Virus record (IMG/VR): IMGVR_UViG_3300017914_001762
Coordinates: 1-36,491 of that record
Source: a virus
Lineage: Duplodnaviria; Caudoviricetes
Direction: 5' to 3' (one strand)
DNA: 36,491 nucleotides
The notes below the pieces were generated by a model, which had not been told where the DNA came from, did no database searches, and saw only the letters and a program-made list of their open reading frames with translations. This document shows positions 19,152-27,238 of this stretch, one piece after another. Within the stretch, counting starts at the first letter, position 1, and every line of letters begins with the position of its first letter. Made by a program: the position numbers and the translations under genes.

Positions 19152-20284
19152 TGTTTTACTTTGTCTATTGCGTCTCTTAATTTTTGTGCACCTGCTCTCA
19201 TTCCTTCTGGGTGCTCGTGTATTGCACCTCCAACGTTTGCCATATAATCAATACCAAAGCGTCTTGTAATTTCAGGAATAAGTTCTGCTGTCATACCACA
19301 ACTTAATGTTGGTACAACATTATTTGATGATAGCATATGCATTGTTCTTCTTAATTCGTTTTCGTCGTCGCTTAAATATCCGCCCCACATACCTGTATGA
19401 ATTGTATCAACTCCACATATACTTGCTAGTTTACAAAGTACATACCAACTAATACGATATGCATTCTTTTCACTGCTAATAGTTTTGTCGCCGGATTTTT
19501 GATAGTGTACAAATATTGGTAGTCCTAATTCATTAACACTTTTGTAAACTCCGTGTCCACTCCAGAAGTTAATATGTACTCCATTACCGCCGCCGTCTGC
19601 AACCATTTTAACTCTATCTAGTATATGTAAAGGATCAGAATTAATACAATAGCAGTACACAACATTAGAACCTTTCAAGGCCCGTTGTACGACGTCTATG
19701 CGGGTTTTAAGGGGCAAACAAGACGGGTTCGACATTATCTCATCTTCTTTAATAAAGTCTACTCCACCTTCTACAAAAGCAGTAATAATTTCAACTAATG
19801 CTTTCTCTGTAAGTCCTGTTTTAGGTTTAACAATACTACCTAGTAATGGCTTGTTATAACTACCTACTAGTTCTCTAAATCCTTGTAAACCGTAACGCGG
19901 CTTTTTAGCATCACATAGTTCAAAGTCAATATCTAAGTCTAGTAATTCACAACCGTGGATATAATCTATATCCATTTGTCCACCCATTAGTACACAAAGT
20001 AATTGTGCAATACCATCAGTGGGCCAGTCTATAATTCTATAGGGCCAGCATATTTTAACAATGCCTGATTCTTTACCTGCAAAGTCTTCTGGCTTGCCAA
20101 TAATCTTTGCCGCATACTGACTAATAAGTTCAGGTGTTTCGTATTCGTTTCTTACACTAGGATTGCCTACACTTTGTCCTACGGCTAAACCAAATGCCGC
20201 ACGTTGTAGGTCATTACCTTTTAGTTTGTATGTTGCAGTAAAGTATTCTTTTGGATCTACCGCGTCCACGTATATATCAAGCAT
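19148..20284 (-). CDS. RuBisCO-like protein (form IV, RLP)
   Basis: LLGSIVKPKTGL, GGVDFIKEDE (carbamylated-Lys motif), FVHYQ, GVDTIHTG, SCGM and GGAIHEHPEG..AGA. The loop-6 Lys (K334 equivalent) is not seen (HTGMWGGYL). Confidence 0.92.
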   Translation of the reverse strand: MLDIYVDAVDPKEYFTATYKLKGNDLQRAAFGLAVGQSVGNPSVRNEYETPELISQYAAKIIGKPEDFAGKESGIVKICWPYRIIDWPTDGIAQLLCVLMGGQMDIDYIHGCELLDLDIDFELCDAKKPRYGLQGFRELVGSYNKPLLGSIVKPKTGLTEKALVEIITAFVEGGVDFIKEDEIMSNPSCLPLKTRIDVVQRALKGSNVVYCYCINSDPLHILDRVKMVADGGGNGVHINFWSGHGVYKSVNELGLPIFVHYQKSGDKTISSEKNAYRISWYVLCKLASICGVDTIHTGMWGGYLSDDENELRRTMHMLSSNNVVPTLSCGMTAELIPEITRRFGIDYMANVGGAIHEHPEGMRAGAQKLRDAIDKVKQ

Positions 20285-20301
20285 AGTTTATTTTACCTTC
20301 T

Positions 20302-20631
20302 TTATTCCTTAATGTCAAACATAAACTTGTCATTAGGATCACTAATATTTCTAACAACTGTAAGTTCAACATCTGTTAAGTATTCTACTTGGCTAACTTC
20401 ATAAGGATATAATATAAAAATATCACCTGGTTCAAATATCTCACCATTTAGTTTTATTTTACCCTTACGCATAACATTTATTTCAGTTCCTTTTTTGTGA
20501 AAATGATCCTGATGAAACTCTCCCTTTTTGTGTCTATGAATACCTACTTCAAAGTCTGCTTTCATTACACTAGGTTCAAAGTTTCCTACAAACCATCCAC
20601 CTTTCATATCATCTAGTTTAAACTTTTTCAT
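20302..20631 (-). CDS. Cupin-domain protein
   Basis: GGWFVGNFEP and HFHK..TEIN (HxH...E metal motif), then G.I..NG....PGDI. Confidence 0.8.
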   Translation of the reverse strand: MKKFKLDDMKGGWFVGNFEPSVMKADFEVGIHRHKKGEFHQDHFHKKGTEINVMRKGKIKLNGEIFEPGDIFILYPYEVSQVEYLTDVELTVVRNISDPNDKFMFDIKE

Positions 20632-20912
20632 TTGTGTTCCTGTATTAAATTATATTCATACAATTCTTTTTCTGTATTTACAACAAGCATATCTGGATCA
20701 TGTACGTCCATTAACTTTACTTCTTTAACATATACTTTACACATATCGATTAGTTCTGGATAATCTAAAACTAATTCGTTATCTAAAATAACTGTATCGT
20801 AATTACCTACTTCTAAAGTACGTTGTAAAATACTTCTACCATTACAGGCAACAACGGCAATAGGATAATCCCAACCTAACCATTTATCGTTTGATACAGA
20901 TAGTTTGCCCAT
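20628..20912 (-). CDS. Hypothetical protein (94 aa)
   Basis: ATGA-coupled to the cupin gene; no confident motif. Confidence 0.65.
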   Translation of the reverse strand: MGKLSVSNDKWLGWDYPIAVVACNGRSILQRTLEVGNYDTVILDNELVLDYPELIDMCKVYVKEVKLMDVHDPDMLVVNTEKELYEYNLIQEHK

Positions 20913-21562
20913 CCTTTATGTCCTTCCTCTAACGTATGTCCACCTTTACCTTGTTCCCAATTTTGACTTCTACACATATCAATAAAACTTGGCATAACAT
21001 AATTTACTTCTGTTAGCCATGCAGGATCTGGTTCATCTAGTGCAAACGTTTGAACTAGTTTTACATTTAAACTTTTTGCAATTTGTTGTAAGTTCCACAT
21101 ACGTTCAAACTGCATTTGTTTTCTACTTTCTTTTCCTAATGTTGTTGTATAATACGGGTGCATCTTTTCAAAAGTTTCTTTTAAGAAAGGATCAAAGTCT
21201 TCAATTCGACTATGCCCAGGTAAGTTATAACAAACATTATGATATGGAATATATGCAGGACCTTGCCAGTCAACTGCAACTTCATCTCTTTCAAATGTTG
21301 TCCAACATACAACAACTAATAACTCTGCACCCGGCTTTGTATTACACCATTCACGCATAAAACGTATTGTACGTCTTGCTATTCGACTGCCACTAGTTCC
21401 TCGTAACCCCTCATTGACAAAGGCTGGTATGTCAAGTTTATCTGACAAAAGTTTTGGCCAACTGTTTTGTAATCTGTATGTAGGTGTATTGTCAGTATAA
21501 GGCAAACCTAGTTCGTCGCCTTCTGTCCAACTATCACCATTTGCATACAAACATTTAATCAT
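20876..21562 (-). CDS. SGNH/GDSL-fold protein
   Basis: YANGDSWTEG (block I Ser), N.G..G.S..RI and C-terminal GH....GH..WA. Confidence 0.8.
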   Translation of the reverse strand: MIKCLYANGDSWTEGDELGLPYTDNTPTYRLQNSWPKLLSDKLDIPAFVNEGLRGTSGSRIARRTIRFMREWCNTKPGAELLVVVCWTTFERDEVAVDWQGPAYIPYHNVCYNLPGHSRIEDFDPFLKETFEKMHPYYTTTLGKESRKQMQFERMWNLQQIAKSLNVKLVQTFALDEPDPAWLTEVNYVMPSFIDMCRSQNWEQGKGGHTLEEGHKGWANYLYQTING

Positions 21563-21563
21563 G

Positions 21564-22286
21564 TTAACCTTTCCACCAAGTGTTATGATAGTTTGTTAAA
21601 TCTGCTGGAGTACCTACAGGACTAAAATTATGTGCTTGTACTTCGTAAGGTTTAACAATACAATCTTTAATTGTGTAGTTGTAAATAGGTGCTAGATAAA
21701 ATTCGTTATTATGCCTATCATTATTAGCAATCATTTGTTCAGCACCTTTAACAAATAAACTTCCTTTACTCCAATGATATAAGCCAACAGTAGCCATGTT
21801 ACTAATTGCAACTTTCTCTGCGGCTTCTGTGATGTGCCCTTCTTCGTTAACCTTAACAAAACTATGTTTGATATGATTATGTGGGTAGGTCATTACCCAA
21901 CTAACGTGTGGCTCGAGTTTACACTTTTCTAAAAACATTGAACTATCCCAATGTAATACTTGGTCACTGTTAATACTAATTAAAGGTTCGTCGTTGTTTA
22001 TAAATTCTTTTGCTTTTAATAAACTACAAGCGGCTCCTTCTGTTACATGGTCAAGTGTAACTATGTTAACAGTTTCAGCAAAACTTTTTAAGTGTTCTTC
22101 AAGCCATGGATAATTGGTCATATGCTCTTGTTGTACAACAAAAGTATACTTGCCGTCAATGTCTAAACTTTCTACTGAACTTTGGATCATTGTTGTGGCA
22201 CCAACTCTTACTAAAGGCTTTGGTATATCATAACCTGCTTCTTTGAATCTTGTGCCGGCGCCAGCCATGCCAATTATTATATTCAT
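21564..22286 (-). CDS. Sugar-phosphate nucleotidyltransferase
   Basis: MAGAGTRF...GY..PKPL signature, TEGAA, NSDQ, AEK, NEFYLAPIYN and GTP.DL. Confidence 0.88.
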   Translation of the reverse strand: MNIIIGMAGAGTRFKEAGYDIPKPLVRVGATTMIQSSVESLDIDGKYTFVVQQEHMTNYPWLEEHLKSFAETVNIVTLDHVTEGAACSLLKAKEFINNDEPLISINSDQVLHWDSSMFLEKCKLEPHVSWVMTYPHNHIKHSFVKVNEEGHITEAAEKVAISNMATVGLYHWSKGSLFVKGAEQMIANNDRHNNEFYLAPIYNYTIKDCIVKPYEVQAHNFSPVGTPADLTNYHNTWWKG

Positions 22287-22292
22287 TATTTC

Positions 22293-22415
22293 CTACTTGT
22301 ATATGTATGGATCTTTTTTCTTAATTTCTTTTAACTTTTTTCTATAAGCACGTTCAAGTTTGATTCTATATACAATGTCACCAAACCAACGTTTAATTTT
22401 TGTTAGTATACTCAT
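22293..22415 (-). CDS. Small basic peptide ending DPYIYK (40 aa), not in ORF track
   Basis: Manual translation MSILTKIKRWFGDIVYRIKLERAYRKKLKEIKKKDPYIYK*. AAGGA Shine-Dalgarno upstream; fills the gap between two operon genes. Confidence 0.85.
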   Translation of the reverse strand: MSILTKIKRWFGDIVYRIKLERAYRKKLKEIKKKDPYIYK

Positions 22416-23139
22416 TTAAGATTCCTTGTTGTAAATGTTTTACAATATTTGTTGCTAATAGTTTATGTCCTCGTTCGTTAGGGTGTCGCATAGGTGCTCT
22501 AACATCTTCAAGGTGTTCTACTTCCATTAATTGTCTAGTAAAACTAATAGGGTATGGGGATATTGCATCCAGCCATTTTATGTTTGCTTCGGGTGTACCT
22601 TTAACAAATTCTGGATTATCTAATGCGTATGTTTGTAATAACTTGATTCCTAGATTATCACATACTTGTTTTAGTAACCATTGCAAGTTAAAGAACTTAT
22701 AACTATTTACCTTACTACTGTTAAGCATTGTGCGATTCATATGATAATCTAGCATTAACTTATCAGTTACATTTGGTTTAGAATTCATAAGCATACTTGT
22801 ATATTCAACATCTAACGATTCCCATTCAGTATATCCATTGTCGTGCTTTCTTTCAACCGCAACAGGAAGTTCAAATCTTTCATATGTTGTCCATGCAACA
22901 ATTACTAATAATTCTTCTGGCTTACCTTTATAATTTCTAACATAGTCTATGGTCTTACGGAATATTCTATCATTACTTCCACCACCTTGTCCTTCGTTAA
23001 CTAGTTGTGGTATTTTTAATTCTTGTGCAACGTGCCAAGGCCAAGTATTATAAAATTTGTATGTAAGATGATCTGTAGTATCATCTTTTAACTCTTGTCC
23101 ATAAGTCCAACTATCACCGTTTACATACAAAGTTTTCAT
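22393..23139 (-). CDS. SGNH/GDSL-fold protein
   Basis: YVNGDSWTYG, NEGQGGGSNDRI, WT..ER and HPNERGH. Confidence 0.82.
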   Translation of the reverse strand: MKTLYVNGDSWTYGQELKDDTTDHLTYKFYNTWPWHVAQELKIPQLVNEGQGGGSNDRIFRKTIDYVRNYKGKPEELLVIVAWTTYERFELPVAVERKHDNGYTEWESLDVEYTSMLMNSKPNVTDKLMLDYHMNRTMLNSSKVNSYKFFNLQWLLKQVCDNLGIKLLQTYALDNPEFVKGTPEANIKWLDAISPYPISFTRQLMEVEHLEDVRAPMRHPNERGHKLLATNIVKHLQQGILNEYTNKN

Positions 23140-23906
23140 AGTTGTGATTTTACCTTTTTAATTATTTCTTCATGCACTAATCTGTGTCCAGTATAATCAC
23201 AATGTCCTGTACCTTTATCGTCTGGATAATTTTTACTCCAATACCCCCAGTCTACTGCTTTGTAGTTTTCTTCTGGAAGTATATTTTCAAACTCAGGTTG
23301 CCAACCCATAAACAAATGTGGTATGTTATTTTTCTTCATCAATAAATGACCCATTGACATAATACCATTGTCATATTGATTCTTTTGTTGCATATCAAAA
23401 AATTCTGCTACCCAGTCTCTTAATATACGCAACCTTTGTTCTGGTTCATGATGAAATTGAAACCATGTTCCTCTGTTGCGTCCTTGTTCAAAGAATGTAT
23501 CTAAGTTTTGTAAAGTTTCGCTTTGTAAAGTATTATCCGTTTCTACAGGAATAGGTCTACGCAAATTCTTTCTTGTGTGCGTATCATATGGTGGATAGTC
23601 TTGATAGTTTAGATATTCTAAACTAGGTTCACCTTTTTCTACAAGCGGTTTATACCATGATGTCCTTGCGGCATTTGTCATTGTAATTAGTACAAACGGG
23701 TTATTTGTTTGTGCAATTTTTTCAACTGCATATTTTATTTGTAACCAAATAATAAAATTACAACAACCAGGCCTGGCTAAAACTTTTTGTTCAACACCAA
23801 TTGCTTTTGCTGTAAGTCCTGCGTAACTTTTTTCAAAACAATCTTCATCCTCTAGTCCACTACCACAAGCAAAACTATCTCCACAAGTTACTAATAAGTC
23901 TACCAT
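23136..23906 (-). CDS. SGNH/GDSL-fold protein
   Basis: TCGDSFACG, LARPGCCN..I and GH....GH. Confidence 0.78.
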   Translation of the reverse strand: MVDLLVTCGDSFACGSGLEDEDCFEKSYAGLTAKAIGVEQKVLARPGCCNFIIWLQIKYAVEKIAQTNNPFVLITMTNAARTSWYKPLVEKGEPSLEYLNYQDYPPYDTHTRKNLRRPIPVETDNTLQSETLQNLDTFFEQGRNRGTWFQFHHEPEQRLRILRDWVAEFFDMQQKNQYDNGIMSMGHLLMKKNNIPHLFMGWQPEFENILPEENYKAVDWGYWSKNYPDDKGTGHCDYTGHRLVHEEIIKKVKSQL

Positions 23907-24754
23907 AAGTTATTCTCCTTGATAAAGCGATGCATTTCTTCTGCCCACAAGTCGTGTCCATATTCATTAGGGTGCATACCACTTATTACTTTTGCTTTAT
24001 CATCTTTTTGTGTTATATAACTGTAGCAACTATGTGGTGCAGTATCTTTTCCATAGAAGTTTTTACTGCTTATTTGTTCCCATAGCCATCCATCATTTTG
24101 TCCATTGAAGTGAAAGTGCCAACGTGGATCTGAATTACCTACTTCCATCTTTTCTGTTTCACTATTAATATAACCTTTGTCTTCCCATTGATTAATTCCA
24201 GTTTCATCTACATTATAAAATGCTTGAAAGAAAGCATATTTAATTTTGTGTACTTTAAAAAAGTTTTCTAATGTAATAACTTGTTGTACATAACGATTAA
24301 TATATTCTTCTTTGTTCCACAAGTATAATCTGTAATTGTCGAAGAAAGGTTGCATACCTCTTTGATGATATTCGTGATTAGTTTGGTTAGGCCATATAGT
24401 AGTCCAACCATGCTGATGTACATCAACTGGATCTCTATAATAAAAGTCTTTACGTTCTGGACTTGTTAATCCAACAACTACAAACAAATCATTTTCACAA
24501 TCAATGCCTGGCTTAATATAGTGTTGTGTAATCCAACTTAATGTTAAACGCACTATTCTATCATTACTTGCCGCAGGATAAGATATGTTAGTAAAGTCAT
24601 CTGCATCTAAAAGTTTTGCCAACTTTGTAGGCCATATTCTAGGAATACGATAAGCATTATTCTCACCGTCCCAATCACTAACTGTATCTGGTAAGTTAGG
24701 ATCTTTTATTTCACTTCCAAATGTCCAACTGTCGCCTGCTGTTAATAAATGCAT
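23900..24754 (-). CDS. SGNH/GDSL-fold protein
   Basis: TAGDSWTFG, NISYPAASNDRI, TSPER and HPNEYGH..WA. Confidence 0.82.
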   Translation of the reverse strand: MHLLTAGDSWTFGSEIKDPNLPDTVSDWDGENNAYRIPRIWPTKLAKLLDADDFTNISYPAASNDRIVRLTLSWITQHYIKPGIDCENDLFVVVGLTSPERKDFYYRDPVDVHQHGWTTIWPNQTNHEYHQRGMQPFFDNYRLYLWNKEEYINRYVQQVITLENFFKVHKIKYAFFQAFYNVDETGINQWEDKGYINSETEKMEVGNSDPRWHFHFNGQNDGWLWEQISSKNFYGKDTAPHSCYSYITQKDDKAKVISGMHPNEYGHDLWAEEMHRFIKENNLW

Positions 24755-25503
24755 TAGTACGCCTTTTTAATTTCTTCAAATTGTGTTTCAGGATCTAAAT
24801 CTTCTACACTAGTTCTCCACAATGTTTCTAGTAGTTGTGGGTTAACTTGTTCTAATTTAATGTTTCTTTTCAATGCTTGTTGATAAATTAAAGTTCCAGG
24901 ACTTAACATACTATCTTCTGGATCTTGCATATTGCCATTCATTAATTGTAAGTAACGTGGAAACGCCTCCCAATTATAATAGCGAAATGTATCACAAGCA
25001 ATATCCATACTAGGACTATCTCCCCAAAAGATAATATCACTTAATCCGTGCTTGCCAACATCAGTATGAACTAAACCTCTGTTACCAATACTGTAATAAA
25101 TTGTTCTGTCTTCAATTTGCCTATCGCCAAATGTTTGTCCATTTGGAGTTAGCATATCGTATCTACATTTGATAACTCTATTATATCTAAACGCACGATG
25201 TATCTCATATCTACGTTTCATAAAGTTTGCGTGTTGTATACTGTACAACATATTACCAAACGGTCCACTGTGATTAATAGGTTCACTTACTTTAAAGTCT
25301 ACTAAAAAATGATGACTATTTTCAATGTGTGCTTTTAGCAATTCAAAGTCAGTTAATTTGTGTACATTGTCTCCTGTTGCACTCCAAGTATGACAAAATA
25401 AATCTGCTTGAAATTCTTTAAAGTATTCTAGTATGCGTGGCATAGCCTTATTAAAAGTTCTTAATTCGCCACTAAAACAAATTGCAGTATTAGACTGTTT
25501 CAT
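24754..25503 (-). CDS. Putative glycosyltransferase-like protein
   Basis: AICFSGELR, D.F.HTW, M.YSI, IK.RYD and SD..F.G. Tandem paralog of 25490..26227. I recall this pattern from polysaccharide loci; function inferred. Confidence 0.5.
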   Translation of the reverse strand: MKQSNTAICFSGELRTFNKAMPRILEYFKEFQADLFCHTWSATGDNVHKLTDFELLKAHIENSHHFLVDFKVSEPINHSGPFGNMLYSIQHANFMKRRYEIHRAFRYNRVIKCRYDMLTPNGQTFGDRQIEDRTIYYSIGNRGLVHTDVGKHGLSDIIFWGDSPSMDIACDTFRYYNWEAFPRYLQLMNGNMQDPEDSMLSPGTLIYQQALKRNIKLEQVNPQLLETLWRTSVEDLDPETQFEEIKKAY

Positions 25504-26227
25504 AATCACCGCCCCCTGTCATGTGTTCTGCTTTTGGTCTTACTAATTTTATTGGTGGATAAATTTGTTCAAGTTTTAAATTACATTCTTTTAAGTAGTA
25601 AGCAAAAACGTGTTCCGGTCCATAGTGTAAATCATTATTCATATTAAAAAAGTTAATAGGGTGTCTGCTAAAATGACTAAAGAAGTCACAACTAACATCA
25701 TACACATCTGTTGGTGCTTGCCAATATAAATCGCCGACTCTCATTCTATGACCTTGTTGGTCAAATCCTAAATGTATAACTTGTACTGTATCTTTTTTTG
25801 GTTCTGGTACTTGCCATTGTTCATCAAACATAGTGTCCCAACGAAGTCTAATACACAAATCAAAGTTACTGTTGTTTTCTATTTCATAACGCTTTTTCAT
25901 AAATGCAGAATACATAACTCCGTAAAATTGACTTTGATAGTTTACATCATGTAATGCTTGATCCAATCCTACTGGAAACTCTATTTGTTTCATTACTGTT
26001 AAGTCTAAATTTGGAAGTTCTCTTTTTAATTCTTGTATTTCGTTATTACTGACTTCTTCTAAGTCGTCAACGCCTTTTGTAACTTTTACAAAGTTTGGAG
26101 CACTACGAGTTGTCCACGTGTGTCCAAAGTAATGTACTTCATGTTCACTAAATGTTTGTAACCAAGTAGGTAAACATTTACGCCAACTTTGTCTTAACTG
26201 TCCACTTAAACAAACTGCTATTTTCAT
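25490..26227 (-). CDS. Putative glycosyltransferase-like protein
   Basis: MKIAVCLSGQLR, F.HTW, SQFY, FD..IRLRWD and PE motifs. Confidence 0.5.
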   Translation of the reverse strand: MKIAVCLSGQLRQSWRKCLPTWLQTFSEHEVHYFGHTWTTRSAPNFVKVTKGVDDLEEVSNNEIQELKRELPNLDLTVMKQIEFPVGLDQALHDVNYQSQFYGVMYSAFMKKRYEIENNSNFDLCIRLRWDTMFDEQWQVPEPKKDTVQVIHLGFDQQGHRMRVGDLYWQAPTDVYDVSCDFFSHFSRHPINFFNMNNDLHYGPEHVFAYYLKECNLKLEQIYPPIKLVRPKAEHMTGGGDYETV

Positions 26228-26228
26228 A

Positions 26229-26402
26229 TTACCACCATCCTAATACTCTGCCATTACCTACAATAATAAACAAGCAAGTAACAATATGTAATAATACCCA
26301 AAAGGTTCTTATTACAAGAACTTTTTTATCATAAGGTTCAGTTTTTGTATCGTCGTATGACCCTAGTGCATACATCCATATTTTTAATAATTCTTTTACC
26401 AT
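26229..26402 (-). CDS. Small membrane protein (57 aa), not in ORF track
   Basis: Manual translation MVKELLKIWMYALGSYDDTKTEPYDKKVLVIRTFWVLLHIVTCLFIIVGNGRVLGWW*. Fills the gap exactly; one hydrophobic C-terminal helix. Confidence 0.8.
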   Translation of the reverse strand: MVKELLKIWMYALGSYDDTKTEPYDKKVLVIRTFWVLLHIVTCLFIIVGNGRVLGWW

Positions 26403-26644
26403 TGTATCCAGTTATATATTCCACGTATTGCTAAACACAAATACATAAGTTCCATTAATGCTCTCGGAATGTCTCGGTCTTTGTAACCCATGTATAGCCA
26501 AATGCTACAACTTACACAGGCAACTGCCCAGCCCATCCATTGTATTTCTGCATTACCACCCGACAGTAGAAATGCACTTAACATAGCAAGAGCAAATCCT
26601 AGCCATCTTACTCCATTAAGATTTTGATAAAATCGTATTTTCAT
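26396..26644 (-). CDS. Small multi-pass membrane protein (82 aa)
   Basis: Three hydrophobic segments with W.Y.GYK; resembles 7607..7834. Confidence 0.72.
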   Translation of the reverse strand: MKIRFYQNLNGVRWLGFALAMLSAFLLSGGNAEIQWMGWAVACVSCSIWLYMGYKDRDIPRALMELMYLCLAIRGIYNWIQW

Positions 26645-27062
26645 ACTTGCTCACCCAATCTGAACAAATACCATAGCAACCTTTTGGAATAGTATCTTGT
26701 TCTTGTTGCAAACAAATAACACTCATGTTAGTAACTTGTTTGTAAGGATATGTCCAAATATATCCTCTGCTTGTTAATGTTCGTTCATCTTGTTCATGCC
26801 AAAAACAATGTATGTTGTTTCTTAACATGAAGTGTAATGCTTCTAGATTTTTTGCATGATTCCAAAATGCTGGATTGCTTATAAAGTTTGCAGTAACTTC
26901 ATAAGTTGGTTCATCATGCCCTAACCAAATTTTATCTTTTATTACCCATACATCAACTTCGCAGTCATATCCCTTATCAACTGCGTGGATCAAATACTCT
27001 GGGTTATTTTCTCTTTCAGTATCTGGTCCTACGGTGTTTCCTCTATGGGCAATTAGTTTCAT
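26616..27062 (-). CDS. Glycerophosphodiester phosphodiesterase (GDPD)-like protein, short
   Basis: IAHRG, EN, CEVDV, LGHD and terminal GICSD. Confidence 0.8.
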   Translation of the reverse strand: MKLIAHRGNTVGPDTERENNPEYLIHAVDKGYDCEVDVWVIKDKIWLGHDEPTYEVTANFISNPAFWNHAKNLEALHFMLRNNIHCFWHEQDERTLTSRGYIWTYPYKQVTNMSVICLQQEQDTIPKGCYGICSDWVSKYENTILSKS

Positions 27063-27238
27063 TATTTTTTACCTAAAAACCTTTTAGCCGCTTGTATAGG
27101 ATTACGCAAACCTTCGTAAGTTTCATCGATAAAATCGATATGCTTACTTAATTTCTCTAGTAATAATTTTTGATTTGTTTCGATTTGTTGTAATCTAAGA
27201 TTAATTATTTCAAGTTCTTTTTCTAAATCTTTATCCAT
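27062..27238 (-). CDS. Small coiled-coil protein (58 aa), not in ORF track
   Basis: Manual translation MDKDLEKELEIINLRLQQIETNQKLLLEKLSKHIDFIDETYEGLRNPIQAAKRFLGKK*. TAATG overlaps at both ends; heptad Leu/Ile pattern. Confidence 0.85.
   Translation of the reverse strand: MDKDLEKELEIINLRLQQIETNQKLLLEKLSKHIDFIDETYEGLRNPIQAAKRFLGKK

Noticed and set aside
19148-20284. True RuBisCO (rbcL/cbbL) for CO2 fixation
   Set aside because: Only 378 aa, KEDE motif, no loop-6 Lys or HR arginine, and no small subunit or phosphoribulokinase in the window.
881-22415. RiPP cluster (SPASM radical SAM enzymes plus small peptides)
   Set aside because: No RRE/PqqD domain, peptidase or exporter recognised, and the small ORFs lack a leader/core layout. 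Sugar context is more parsimonious, though not formally excluded.
10746-24754. Saxitoxin gene cluster (SxtG/I/K/L-like functions co-occur)
   Set aside because: No SxtA-type PKS/aminotransferase or other core genes. The shared enzyme families are generic and the context is glycosyltransferase-rich.
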